Part shown: positions 42,508 through 57,279 of the stretch, piece after piece
Position numbering within the stretch: position 1 is the first letter of the stretch
Layout of the letters: every line of letters begins with the position of its first letter
From: Eledone cirrhosa
Taxonomy: Eukaryota
Direction of reading: 5' to 3'
Assembly: GCA_964016885.1 (NCBI GenBank)
Contig: OZ024751.1
Span: 25,358,001-25,422,000, forward strand
DNA length: 64,000 nt
Notes under the pieces: model-generated
The model's input: only the letters and a program-made list of their open reading frames with translations
Database searches by the model: none
What the model was told of the DNA's origin: nothing
Program-made: the position numbers and the translations under genes

Positions 42508-42578
42508 TACTTACATATATACATACAGAGATACATAAATATTTACATACGTACATATAAAGACACACTCACGCACAG

Positions 42579-42684
<106 letters not shown>

Positions 42685-42904
42685 CACCATAACACAGAGG
42701 GCACACGCACACCTGCAAAGAAATTACAACAACAATAACAACAATCAATTGAAAATACGTACGCTTTTGTTTAACCAATAAATTTCCTTCCTGATCATGA
42801 AATTTTAATTCAAATTGCTTCTTTATATTCATTTCGGAACCAAAACAAAAAGCTGATGGTTTAATGTTGAAAGATGTATGTATTCTAGAGAGAGTAAATG
42901 TACA

Positions 42905-42977
42905 TCCTCGGTAGTATAGTGGTAAGTATCCCCCGCCTGTCACGCGGTAGACCGGGGTTCGATTCCCCGCCGGGGAG
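42905..42977 (+). tRNA. tRNA-Asp: tRNA-Asp(GTC), variant or possible pseudogene
   Basis: Near-identical to the metazoan tRNA-Asp consensus, with A and B boxes, acceptor stem TCCTCGG/CCGGGGA and a TTTTT terminator about 10 nt downstream. Has one extra C and a C-T mismatch in the anticodon stem. Confidence 0.85.
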
Positions 42978-44015
42978 ATACATATCATTTTTAGAAGTGC
43001 GGTGCCCCAGCATGGCCACAGCCGGATGGTTGGAACAGGTAAAAGAGTATTGAGATGGTGCGTAAAACGAGAAGTGGTGCGATATGTCAAATAATTGTTT
43101 CTACTTTTGGCACAAGGCCAGCAATCATCCCAGTACATTACTGGTACTTTATTTTATCGATCCCGTAAGGATGAAAGTACATTGGCACAAGGCCACAATT
43201 ATTCCAGCACATTACTGGTACTTTATTTTATCACCCCGTAAGGATGAAAGGCAAAGTTAACCTCAGCGGGATTTGAACTCAGACTGTAAAGGGAAGTAAC
43301 TCTATGCTGCAAAGCATGATGTCTGACCCCTCTACCGATACTGCCAGTCGAATAATGAGAAATATTAGTGGGGGTATGTCTACCAGGCCAAATGACTGAT
43401 CTGTGGTCCATCCCATTTCTTGTCTACACAAACAATGAGATTTCACTAGTTCCTCCTCTCCGTTGGAACTAATACAGCCCATACACGCGTGTCTTTGAAT
43501 GCTTCTACGTCGTTACACCCCCACCCCCCCACCCACACCACATACACACACATACACCCCCCACCACCCACACACACTACACAGACACACTCACACAGAC
43601 ACACATCATACACCCCCACCACCCACACACACACACACAGACACACACATACACCCCCCACCACCCACACATACACACACACACATACACACACATACAC
43701 ACCCCACCACCCACACACCACACAGACACACACATACACCCCCCACCACCCACACATACACACACACACAGACACACACATACACACCCCACCACCCACA
43801 CACACACACAGACACACACATACACCCCCCACCACCGACACACACACACACACCAGACACCACACATACACACCCCACCCCACCCACACCATACACACAC
43901 ACACAGACACACACATACACACCCCCACCCACCCACACATACACACACACACACACACGCACACATACACACACAAAATCTATTACTAATGTTGCACGCT
44001 AAAACCTCTACCTTC

Positions 44016-44215
44016 NNNNNNNNNNNNNNNNNNNNNNNNNNNNNNNNNNNNNNNNNNNNNNNNNNNNNNNNNNNNNNNNNNNNNNNNNNNNNNNNNNNNN
44101 NNNNNNNNNNNNNNNNNNNNNNNNNNNNNNNNNNNNNNNNNNNNNNNNNNNNNNNNNNNNNNNNNNNNNNNNNNNNNNNNNNNNNNNNNNNNNNNNNNNN
44201 NNNNNNNNNNNNNNN
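44016..44215. other. Assembly gap (200 N)
   Basis: Run of n. Confidence 1.
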
Positions 44216-44251
44216 GAAAGATGTATGTATTCTAGAGAGAGTAAATGTACA

Positions 44252-44323
44252 TCCTCGGTAGTATAGTGGTAAGTATCCCCCGCCTGTCACGCGGTAGACC
44301 GGGGTTCGATTCCCCGCCGGGAG
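44252..44323 (+). tRNA. tRNA-Asp: tRNA-Asp(GTC) second copy, missing one G in the acceptor stem
   Basis: Same sequence and flanks as 42905-42977; lies in the duplicated block after the N gap. Confidence 0.7.
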
Positions 44324-44447
44324 ATACATATCATTTTTAGAAGAGCGATGCCCCAGCATGGCCACAGCCGGATGGTTGGAACGGGTAAAAGAGTATTGAG
44401 ATGGTGCGTAAAACGAGAAGTGGTGCGATATGTCAAATAATTGTTTC

Positions 44448-45433
44448 TACTTTTGGCACAAGGCCAGCAATCATCCCAGTACATTGCTGGTACTTTATTT
44501 TATCGACCCCGTAAGGATGAAAGTACTTTTGGCACAAGGCCAGCAATTATCTCAGTACATTACTGGTACTTTATTTTATCGAACCCCGTAAGGATGAAAG
44601 TACTTTTGGCACAAGGCCAGCAATTATCTCAGTACATTGCTGGTACTTTATTTTATCGACCCCGTAAGGATGAAAGTACTTTTGGCACAAGGCCAGCAAT
44701 TATCCCAGTACATTACTGGTACTTTATTTTATCGATCCCGTAAGGATGAAAGTACTTTGGCACAAGGCCAGCAATTATCTCAGTACATTACTGGTACTTT
44801 ATTTTATCGATCCCGTAAGGATGAAAGTACTTTTGGCACAAGGCCAGCAATTATCTCAGTACATTACTGGTACTTTATTTTATCGATCCCGTAAGGATGA
44901 AAGTACTTTGGCACAAGGCCAGCAATTATTCCAGCACATTACTGGTACTTTATTTTATCCACCCCGTAAGGATGAAAGTACTTTTGGCACAAGGCCAGCA
45001 ATTATCTCAGTACATTACTGGTACTTTATTTTATCGATCCCGTAAGGATGAAAGTACTTTTGGCACAAGGCCAGCAATTATCTCAGTACATTACTGGTAC
45101 TTTATTTTATCGATCCCGTAAGGATGAAAGTACCTTTGGCACAAGGCCAGCAATTATCTCAGTACATGACTGGTACTTTATTTTATCGACCCCGTAAGGA
45201 TGAAAGTACTTTTGGCACAAGGCCAGCAATTATCTCAGTACATTACTGGTACTTTATTTTATCGACCCCCGTAAGGATGAAAGTACTTTTGGCACAAGGC
45301 CAGCAATTATCTCAGTACATTACTGGTACTTTATTTTATCGATCCCGTAAGGATGAAAGTACTTTTGGCACAAGGCCAGCAATTATCTCAGTACATTACT
45401 GGTACTTTATTTTATCGACCCCGTAAGGATGAA
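44448..45433 (-). repeat. Tandem array of about 13 x 76-bp SINE-internal units
   Basis: Unit ttttggcacaaggccagcaattatctcagtacattactggtactttattttatcgatcccgtaaggatgaaagtac; the SINE head resumes at 45434-45530. Confidence 0.9.
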
Positions 45434-46924
45434 AGGCAAAGTTAACCTCAGCGGGATTTGAACTCAGACTGTAAAGGGAAGTAACTCTATGCTGCAAAGC
45501 ATGATGTCTGACCCTCTACCGATACTGCCAGTCGAATAATGAGAAATATTAGTGGGGGTATGTCTACCAGGCCAAATGACTGATCTGTGGTCCATCCATT
45601 TCTTGTCTACACAAACAATGAGATTTCACTAGTTCCGCCTCTCCGTTGTAACTAATACAGCCCATACACGCGTGTTTTTGCATGCTTCTACGTCGTTACA
45701 CCCCCCACCACCCACCACCACACCCACACCCACCCACACACCCACATACACACACATACACCCCCCCACCACCCACACACACACACAGACACACTCACAC
45801 AGACACACACATACACCCCCCACCACCCACACACACACACAGACACACACATACACCCCCCACACACACACACAGACACACACATACACCACCCACACAC
45901 ACACACAGACACACACATACACCCCCCACCACCCACACACACACACAGACACACACATACACCCCCCACCACCCACACATACACACACACACACAGACAC
46001 ACACATACACACCCCACCCACCCACACATACACACACACACACACGCACACAGACACACACATACACACCCCACCACCCACACACACACACACAGACACA
46101 CACATACACCCCCCCCCACCACCCACACATACACACACACACAGACACACACATACACCCCCCACCACCCACACATACACACACACACAGACACACACAT
46201 ACACACCCCACCCACCCACACATACACACACACACACACGCACACATACACACACAAAATCTATTACTAATGTTGCACGCTAAAACCTCTACCTTCTCCT
46301 AACTCTTATATATATGATATGCGCATTGAGCTATTTCTTCTCTACACGTTTTTACAGAATTGATAACATAGTTCTACATGATATACATATATATTCCTAA
46401 TTGAGGGCGTCTCTTGAAAAGTTTGTAACCTCATAGCTAAGGTGCAATTGCAACAGAATTGCGCCTGCTACATAGCACAAGCGAAATTGCCAGCAGTCGG
46501 ACCCACGAGGAATAATTCGGTAAACATGTGACTATATTTTCTTCCCACTTATAACACTGGTCAACAAAATTAAATGTATTATACTCATTATGAATGCAAA
46601 CCAGCTTTTTTAGACTAATTGTTCATGCTGACTTCAAAATTCCACTCTATTTGCATGGAACAAGTATCAGTTTTTCAGTAGATACATGCAAATATTTACA
46701 TATTTGTATATATGAAATCATTAACGTAATAAATAAGGACGCTTCAAAAGCCGAACATTTGGCTTCGTACATTGTGTATTTACATACGGATGTCTGATTG
46801 CCTGCCTACACCTGAAAGTTGTCATCTTACGTTATCTAGTTCAAATGACGAGAAAGGAATTGTCATGGCTCTTCAGATTAATATAAGTATAAAGAAAGTG
46901 CTCAAGTTCATAAATATGTATAGA

Positions 46925-46997
<73 letters not shown>

Positions 46998-49210
46998 ACA
47001 TTTTATTTCCTTGTCATTGGTTTATCAGCAGCACCAGCAACATCATCAGCATCATCTGGTATGGTCAACTCAAAGCAGATTTATCACCAGGTATTGCCAA
47101 CTCATGCTGTCACTATACCTTCACTTCGTTTTAATTTTGTTAAATATTTCATTATCCTACCACATTTTCTTTCCTCTCTTCCGATTAATATTATTTCATA
47201 TTAATTTATCTGTAATTCATTTCGCCAATTAAGTGTCCATGATATATTATTTTCCCCATGCTGATAGTGTCTAATATAATGTTTGTATTGTTTTTCTATT
47301 ATTAACCGAGTATTCTATCATTAGATGTAGGTTCTGTCTGTGATAGTAACAAATGTCTTCTATAATTTCCATATTTCAATAGATAAAAATACTTTTTATC
47401 TATTGAATAATAGTTTGTTTGCTGTACAGGTTTCTACTCTCTCGATGGTATTCTCAATATCAAATATCTTCTATATAACACATGCATGTGGCTTGGTGGT
47501 TAGAGTATTGGGCTTTCAAGCGGGAAGTTGTGAGTTTTATTCTCGGACCGGGTGATGCGTTGCCCACTTTACTTAGCTGTAGAAAAGAGTTGCTCCGTTG
47601 CTGGTGTCAAGATGTATCAGCCATTGCCTTTCCCTTGGACAGCATTGGAGGCGTGGAGAGGGGAGACTGCTAAACATGGGTGACTGCTGGTCTTCAACAA
47701 ACAACATTGCTCGGACATGTGCCTCGGAGGGGAACTTTCTAGGTGTAAATGACATGGACATTTGTGACCGTTGTGGGCCTTTACCCCCATCTACAAATAT
47801 TTCTAATCTATTTGATTAATACTTTGGTAAATATCCAATTATGTATTCTGCCCATGGTATTCTCGAAAGACATCTATATACCACCATCTTAAAGTCTTCT
47901 AATCTGTTTCATAATACTTTGGTTAATGTCCATGTACGTGTTCTGTCCATGGTATTACCACTTCCCAAGCATCCTTAATTAACTTACCGCTTGCTACTCC
48001 CACCCTTTGAACTGGCTTGGTTCTTATTAGTAACTTTGACCAGTACTCGCGTTCATTTTACTTCCTCTCACAACTTTCCACATCCCTCACAGTCTTATCC
48101 ACAACCACCCACTTCTCACACAGCTCTGCCATTTCTCTATCACCTTAGTGACGGTACTATTCAAGGACATCTTGCTTCCTTACAGAAAACAAACACTTGG
48201 CTGAAACGATACATTATTAAACTTTCGTAGTCAAACTATTTTATTTTACGTTTTTTATATTACTAACAAATTTTTATTACTCGGAGCGTAATTATGATCC
48301 GTTTTAACACCCTCACCTGTCTGGAGCATGTCCTTTATCTGAATTCTCTCCGTTACTGGGTTCGGCTCTGTGAGTAACTTCTGTTCTTTCCACCCCGAAT
48401 GTTTTCTGAGTCACGCCATTTTTCTTGGAACTAAACCGTTAAATAACGAGAGAAATTAATAAAGAAATAATGCTAAAATAATTCTGATTATTTTTCACAT
48501 AAATATATTTATGATTTTCAAAATGAATATTAATGAATATGAAAAAAGGGAAATTTTCATCTATAGATAAAACATGTAAAAATATATTAATTAAATAAAA
48601 ATGACGGACTTCGAAATTTGCAAAATTTCTCAAATTTTAAAGGACTAAATCGGTGATTAAACTGGGAAAATCCATTTTAAAGGTAAATTTATGACATTCT
48701 CGAGCCATAATAATAATTCCTTACACGAAAATAATTTAGGAAATGTTAAATTAATTATAGTTCTTGTACAATGCAAGTCTCCTGAGTACCGCGCATGATT
48801 TAAGATAACACACACACTATATAAATACATTTGAGTATATATATATATATATATATACAGGTGTCCCAAAAAATACATATACATACTTTGATTACCTGTA
48901 CAGGCAATATTTATTAGAGTGCTGTTGAAAATTGCATACACACACACACGCACACACACACATGTATATATATATATATATATATATATAAGTATGTACA
49001 CGTACATACATATATGTATACAGACGTACAGTAGTATGTATATATATATACATGCACACATATATATATGCACGTATGGATGTGTGCATGTATGTATATA
49101 TATACATACTACTGTACGTCTGTATACATATATGTATGTACGTGTACATACTTATATTTAAGTAACAGCCGTACTAAGAGTGGGAAATGAAATTTCGTTT
49201 CATTTTTTCC

Positions 49211-49254
<44 letters not shown>

Positions 49255-49255
<1 letters not shown>

Positions 49256-49400
49256 GAAATAGTCCAGAAATAGTCGTCGAAACGGCTTGAGCTCTGCCGT
49301 CGGGGTCATACTTTTTCCAATTACCCACTCTACTACCCTAAGTATTGAGTACTCTGGTGCGCTATGGTCCATCTGGTTCCTTACCACAATTCCTTCGTTA
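49255..49400 (+). mobile_element. Family E element, 5'-truncated in HHR helix II
   Basis: Nearly identical to 20447-20586. Confidence 0.75.
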
Positions 49401-49591
49401 GATTTGTTGGTTCACCACTGGATAGAACTGGTCATTCCGTATGGTCAACCTTGATGTAATATTAGGGAGTGCACTCGACGTAATGCAACTCACCCGTGTT
49501 CGTTTGTAGTGTTGTTGGTGGTGCGAGTACGGAGTTAATTATTATAAAATAACAGGAGGCTGGACTGGTGTAATTCCTTACAAGGTTTATT

Positions 49592-49650
49592 ATACTATGA
49601 ATATTTCAATGACCGGGTTCAGTATGAATCCGGTGACATCATGAGGTATT
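49592..49650 (-). ncRNA. Degenerate hammerhead (CTCATGA core)
   Basis: atac-CTcATGA-tgtcaccgg..ccggtcatt-GAAA-tattca-TA-gtat. Confidence 0.5.
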
Positions 49651-50505
49651 CGAAATTTAACAAAGGAATATAAAAGTCACAATCCATGGAGCTGAAAAGG
49701 CAGAGAGACAAGATGGCGGCCAAACATTCATTAGTTTCTAGTCCGGTCGGACTGTGTGTAAGGAAGAAGTGATCCGTCTACTATTACACAGTAAAGAATT
49801 ATTGTTTCTACTTTTGGCACAAGGCCAGCAATTATCTCCGTGTATTACTGGTTGTTTATTTTATCGACCCCATAAGGATGAAAGGCAAAGTTAACCACGG
49901 CGGGATTTGAACTCAGAATGGCAAAGGCCGTAACTCTATGCGTCAAAGCAATGTTAATAATAATAAATAATTGTATCTCAAATACACAGAGCCAACCATA
50001 TCACAATTTGTAACATAGGTTATCGCGAGAAACCCGTTAATCGTATACGTCTGGTTGAAAAGCTCAAACTCTTGAACGTTCATTTCACGAGGGATTTGAA
50101 GTGAGATCATAAAGCGCCGTAACTCTGTGCTGCAAAGCATGGCGTCCGACCCTCTACCGATACTGCCATACCACTGCCATTCCCTATAAAGAATTATAGA
50201 AATAACTATGATACTATATCTTCTGCTGTCAAATTGCATCATATTTCCAACTATGGCTCTTTTTATATATTGGAAGTACAACAGTTAAAAGTCTACTAAA
50301 GTATTGATGCTTCTTCGATCCCATCTACTTTAATATATTGTAATGTGTTGCGAATGTTGCACACACAGACACAACCATACGCACACACACATACACTCAT
50401 GTACACAAAAGGACCAGATACATAGAGAAGCAAGCCCATATGCACACACAGACAGGTGCACATACACATACAAATATATATATATACCTACATATATATG
50501 TATAT

Positions 50506-50544
<39 letters not shown>

Positions 50545-50697
50545 TGTGTATGCGAATGACTGCACCCCCCTCCATCCATCCCTCTTTCACTATCTCTCTC
50601 TGTATTTCTCACTATGTACATTTATATACATACATACATTCATATGTATACCTGTAATTATATATACAAATATATACATACATTTATACATACATGT

Positions 50698-50774
<77 letters not shown>

Positions 50775-50777
50775 CAT

Positions 50778-50823
<46 letters not shown>

Positions 50824-51070
50824 ACATTTATATATACATATATATATATTTATGTGTGTGTGTACATATATACATACATATATACACACATATATATATA
50901 CATATATGTGTGTGTGTGTATCCCTTTATGTTTTACGTGAAAACAAGGTTTAGAAATGCAAAGTAAAGTAGACAATACACCAAGGAATAGATTCTGGTTT
51001 GAAATTTATTCATTGCGTTTTACAAAATGATTCCCCATCAAACAAAAATACACATGTACGTGCATATAAG

Positions 51071-51149
<79 letters not shown>

Positions 51150-51151
<2 letters not shown>

Positions 51152-51998
51152 AATTAGAAAGTTAGGTTTTTGATATGAAATCGTGTGTTGAAACAAATAT
51201 TGTTATACTTGGGGAGGGTCATATTGTTATAACATTGCCAGAGATAATAACAGAACACACTCAGTGTTTGGCTTATGTATCAAAGTTCTTTCGTCACACA
51301 TCTGTCACATCATCAGTGGTACTATTATGTTTTCTCCCGTTGTATTGTAATGCCTACGCCAATTTTTTTTCCTGTCTCTGTCTCTGTTTGCGCAGGCGTT
51401 TGCGTGTGTGTTTCTTGTTTTGTTTGAGTGTGCGTGTTTGAGTGTATGTGTTTTTGTATTCTATATTTGTTCACTAGTGTGCGTTAATGTGTGTTAATTG
51501 TTATTGTACTTATATAAATATTTATTTATTTATTTATATTTCCCTTAGGTCAGTGTTGTTTGTTTGGGTATGGTTGTTGTTGTTATTCCTTTCGTTCTTT
51601 CTGTTCAACTTTGGTCTTCTTAGTTCTATCTCAGTTGCTTCTCTGATTCGCCTACCTGTTGGGTCATTTCTATGTTTAGATATTATTTTAATTTCTATGT
51701 TGTCTATATTACCGTCATGTCTTTGTCTGGCGTGTTCACATAGTACTGAACCGAGGAAACATAATAGTACCAATGATGATGTCACAGATGTGTGACGAAA
51801 GAACCTTGATAGACTATATATATATTCTTATATCTGTATTTTTAACCGTTTGTCCACCAATGTTAAACATTGATTGCCAGGTAAATTAACTAGGGAGATA
51901 TAAAAGGTACAGAAGTGAAAACCAACTCAAACCAAACAGTAAGTGTGTTCTGTTATTATTTCTGGCAATATTAAAACAATAAGAGCCTCCCCAAATAT

Positions 51999-52064
<66 letters not shown>

Positions 52065-52710
52065 TTTCTGAATTTGTTTAGCAAGATTCTTTATCTGAAA
52101 TCGTGTGTTGAAACCGATATTGTTATACTTTGGGAGGGTCATGTTGCCAATAAGAAACACACGCACCAGTTGCTTTCACTTCAATTTATTATATATTTAT
52201 AAATTTATAAATTTACAAATCTACAAACTTATAAATTTCTGGTTGGTTGGTTGGTTCCACAACCAGATAGTTGTTTATATATAGTCATAGTCCTTTCGTC
52301 ACACACTCTGTGACCTCTTCAGTGACTGGGGATTCCTTTCTTTGTTTCTGTGCCTTTCCTTTCTTCTATCCTACGCCATTTTGTTTCTGTGTGTGTGTTG
52401 TGTGCTCAGTTTGCGCATGCGCCACATCCGGGTGTCTGTGTGTGTTTGTGTTCATTTATCTATTTGTTTATTTATTTATTTATTTATTTATTGTTGGTTG
52501 GTTGTTTGTTCTATGTGTGTGTGTGTTTTCATTTTGTCCTTAATTGTAAGTTGTGATGTTGCTGTTCCACTCATATTTTCTATTTAATTTTGGTTGTAAT
52601 TCTTTTATGCTTACTGCCTCTGTAATTTGCCTAAACATTGCATCTTTTCTGTGTGTGTGGATTCTATTTTTATTTCTATGAAAAGATGCAATGTTTAGGC
52701 AAATTACTGA
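51150..52710. mobile_element. Cluster of family D elements with inverted segments and three HHR motifs
   Basis: HHR on - at about 51278-51322, mirror on + at about 51766-51811, HHR on - at 52283-52327; inverted segments 51195-51265 and 51935-52003. Confidence 0.65.
52283..52327 (-). ncRNA. Minimal type I hammerhead
   Basis: agtca-CTGAAGA-g-gtcaca gagtg tgtgac-GAAA-ggac-TA-tgact. Confidence 0.7.
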
Positions 52711-52913
52711 AAAAAAGACAACCTTAACGGTTGGAGTTTCCTGGATGGTGGCCCTTGAAATATGTATAATAAAATAAATATGGTTTTATAAATATGGTTT
52801 CCATTTGTTAATATATTGTATATTTACTCCAATAAACTGTTGAGTGCTTTATATCAGTTATAAAAATATTTTTAAGCTTGTTGTATCCCAACAAATTAAA
52901 TATAACCTTTGCA
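52710..52913 (+). mobile_element. Family A second copy ending at (TA)n
   Basis: Homologous to 4008-4044 joined to 4131-4293. Confidence 0.8.
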
Positions 52914-53345
52914 TATATATATATATATATATATAAGATACCTGTTTCCCTGTAGATCAATGGTTGCCAGATAAACGAAACACCGGAGGATCAGGTAAAT
53001 TTAATTTCAGACACAATTGTTTGAGAAATTACCATGTGCTATATATACACATTTTATACACACATACACACTGATATACGTACATATATACATATCTAAA
53101 TACATACATACAAACATACACACTGATATACGTACATATATACATATCTAAATACATACATACAAACATACACACTGATATACGTACATACATACATATC
53201 TAAATACATACAAACATACAGCATACATTCATACAAACATATATATATATATATGTATACATACATACATGCGGCTACCATACCTACTCCACCTCCTCCT
53301 TCCACTACTACTACTACTACAACTACTACTACTACTACTACTAGG

Positions 53346-53409
<64 letters not shown>

Positions 53410-53442
53410 GTACTAATACCGCTGCTGCTGCTGCTGCTGCTG

Positions 53443-53505
<63 letters not shown>

Positions 53506-53617
53506 CTACTACTACTACTACTGTATATATATATATACGCATATTTAATCACACAAGTTCATCCACATTTAAATATGTGTATACGTGTACATATACACAC
53601 ACACATATATATATCTT

Positions 53618-53673
<56 letters not shown>

Positions 53674-53705
53674 TTGATATATATATATATATACTTACAT
53701 ATCTT

Positions 53706-53786
<81 letters not shown>

Positions 53787-53821
53787 ATAAACATATATAT
53801 ATATATATATATATGTTTATG

Positions 53822-53860
<39 letters not shown>

Positions 53861-53866
53861 ATATCG

Positions 53867-53929
<63 letters not shown>

Positions 53930-53933
53930 AATA

Positions 53934-53985
<52 letters not shown>

Positions 53986-53988
53986 AAC

Positions 53989-54251
<263 letters not shown>

Positions 54252-54513
54252 ACTTGTCCATACACTGTTAAACAAGGATATAAGCGTAGCACAGTTTAAA
54301 CAACGTGGATGTAAATAGGGATGTGGTAATGTTTACCTGAAGCAAACATGATGATTGATTGGTGAGATCGATCAACAACACCTAGCCTTACATTTCATGG
54401 CTGATAGTATTGATCTCATATTCGCATCTACACGATGATCTTTTTGATGTGTGGAATATGTTGATGACGACGATGATGATGGTCAGTATATTTGTGTATA
54501 TACTGTATATATT

Positions 54514-54576
<63 letters not shown>

Positions 54577-54668
54577 TTGTATATATATATATATATATTT
54601 ATACCTGCATACATAGATGCGCACACTAACACATGTGTGTGTCTATATATATACACATATATATATAG

Positions 54669-54729
<61 letters not shown>

Positions 54730-54838
54730 TATATTTATATATATATATGTGTTTGTATATATATATATATATATATATTTATACCTGCATACATGGATGC
54801 GCACACTAACACATGCATATATATGTGTATATATATAG

Positions 54839-54944
<106 letters not shown>

Positions 54945-55122
54945 TACATGCATATACATACATACATACATACATATATACATACATGTTGGATGCCCGC
55001 ACGTTATCTAGTATGGCCATTGCACAAAGTACACATCCACACATCCACACACACACACACACACACACGCAGACACACACACTCACACACACACACGCAC
55101 ACACACAGACACACATAAATAA

Positions 55123-55335
55123 TTAACGGGGCTGCGATCGAATGCGTTTTTTTAGCCGAGCCAAAGACCTAAAATGTCTTGCACAGAGTTGGCAACCAGA
55201 ACTGGCAGTAGCCGGCTGGGGTTGGATTTCAAGTACTTTTTTCATGTCGTTTGGGCCCTTCTGCTGATCTACACTCTCTTCCATATGCTTCACAGGTATG
55301 ATGAGCAGCATCTCCAACAGCAGCAGCCTGGTAGT
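55123..55335 (-). mobile_element. RTE-clade LINE ORF 3' end remnant
   Basis: CQLCARHFRSLARLKKRIR resembles the terminal C2H2-like motif C..C.R.F.S..GL..H.R. Confidence 0.55.
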
Positions 55336-55364
55336 CAACCACATACTTACATTCCTACAGACAG

Positions 55365-55401
<37 letters not shown>

Positions 55402-55404
55402 TGT

Positions 55405-55966
55405 ATATATATAGTGTATTTTGCAATACACTGTATGCTTAATTAAAAGCATTTCGAAGACCTTATGCTATTTTTTTAGAGTAGTGACAGTCTCACTTAC
55501 TTTAATTTTCAGCAAACAAGGGAGATAAAGCTGACAGAGCTCTGTTTCGCACTTTTTGGTCTTATCAAAGCTAAGTACTCCGCCTGTTTGCTGAAAATCA
55601 TGAATGTTTGATTCTTATAGAATTCTAGTAATAATCAGGAACTGATTATACAGAGTGGTTGCCGGTCAAGCAGAAATTGAAAATTAGCACCAAAAAGTGC
55701 GAAACAGAGCTCTGTCAGCTTTATTTCCCCTGTTTGCTGAAAATTAAAGTAAGTGAGACAGTCACTACTCTAAAACAATAGCGTAAGGTCTTCGAAATGA
55801 TTTTAATTAAGCATACAGTGTATTGCAAAATACACTATATATATGAATGTATATACAGTGTATTTTGCAATACACTGTATGCTTAATTAAAATCATTTCG
55901 AAGACCTTACGTTATTGTTTTAGAGTAGTGACAGTCTCACTTACTTTAATTTTCAGCAAACAGGGG
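55405..55966. mobile_element. Triple-arm fold-back HHR element (family H)
   Basis: Arms about 55408-55560, 55687-55840 (inverted) and 55856-55966; HHR remnant on - at 55529-55572 with GAAA-CAGAGCTCTG-TC-agct. Confidence 0.7.
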
Positions 55967-56004
55967 ATATATATATATATATATATGTGTGTGTATATAT
56001 AGAT

Positions 56005-56645
56005 ATGTTTCTTTATTAGCCACAGGGGCACAAAAGAACAGGACAACTACAAAGGAGGAAGTTTACATACAATAAAAACGTGTAAAATATTATTACAAAT
56101 GTAATTTAAAAGTTAATCGAATTGCCCCAATAGGGGGAGACATTTCATATGGGTAACACATACCCCCGAAAAGAATGTGCAGCCCTCATCTCCAGAAGTA
56201 CTAAGATTTTGTACCCTTCCCTCTCTTCCTCCTTTTCCTCAACCTACAGGCTGATATAGAGAGAAGGCCCATGCACTCGGGCCATTCTCGCCACTTTCAC
56301 CCACCTTTCATAAAATTTGCTGGGGTACAGCACCTCTCTCTCCATCCTGATTCTTCTTCCAAAGTGGTATTTGAAAAAAAGAATCAGTTGTTGGCCGGAG
56401 AGAAAGGTGTCTGACCTCAGCCCTTTCAAACCTTGTCCACCATACAACCTCTTTCGCCATAGCCATCACACAAAGGAAAACCGCCTCTCCTTCGTTTTTG
56501 AAGGAGGGTGGCGGCTTGATCATGACAATGGACTCGGTGGTCAACCGGATTGGTCCCACCCGCGACAATAGTCGTTCTACATAGCCCCACAGGTCGGTAA
56601 CGCTCGGGCAGTGTACAAATGCGTGCGCGACGGTTTCCTCGTCAG
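56005..56645 (-). mobile_element. L1/Tx1-like LINE 3' end
   Basis: EETVAHAFVHCPSVTDLWGYVERLL..AKEVVWWTR; same family as 33560-34272. Confidence 0.75.
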
Positions 56646-57125
56646 ATAGATAGATAGATACATATATACATAAATATATAGACTTACATATATAATACAT
56701 GTATATACTTGTATACATGTATAAATAAATGTATATACATATATTTATTCATGACCATATATAAACCTCTATATGTATATGGGTTCGTTTATATCGATTC
56801 CAACTACTTGCTCGCAGGCAACATAAGGAAATTGGTATGCGTATGTGTCAGCGAATATGTATGTATGTTTGTGTTTATGTATGTATGTTTGTTTTTATTT
56901 ATTTATGCATGTATGTATGTATGTATGCATGTATGTAGGTAAGTATGTATATGTATGTATATATATATGTATATATGCCTGTATATATGTATGGATGTAT
57001 GCATGCACGTATGTATAAATGTATGTATGTGTATATGTACGTATGTAGGTATATATGTATGTATGTATGCATATATGTATGTATACACATATGTATATAT
57101 GTATTGATATATGCATGCATATATG

Positions 57126-57156
<31 letters not shown>

Positions 57157-57201
57157 ATGTATACATATATGTATGTATATATGTATCGATATATGCATGC
57201 A

Positions 57202-57279
<78 letters not shown>

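Larger units (their letters stand above)
42869..46296. repeat. Direct duplication 42869-44015 / 44216-46296 flanking a 200-N gap
   Basis: Same order (tRNA, SINE, unique segment, CA-rich tract); both copies end in aaacctctaccttc. Confidence 0.85.

Noticed and set aside
44448-45433. CRISPR-like regular array
   Set aside because: Units are contiguous with no unique spacers, derive from a SINE, and there are no cas genes; the context is eukaryotic.
46403-46432. Mariner-like terminal repeat start (also near 26420 and 48856)
   Set aside because: No matching partner TIR or transposase was recognised.
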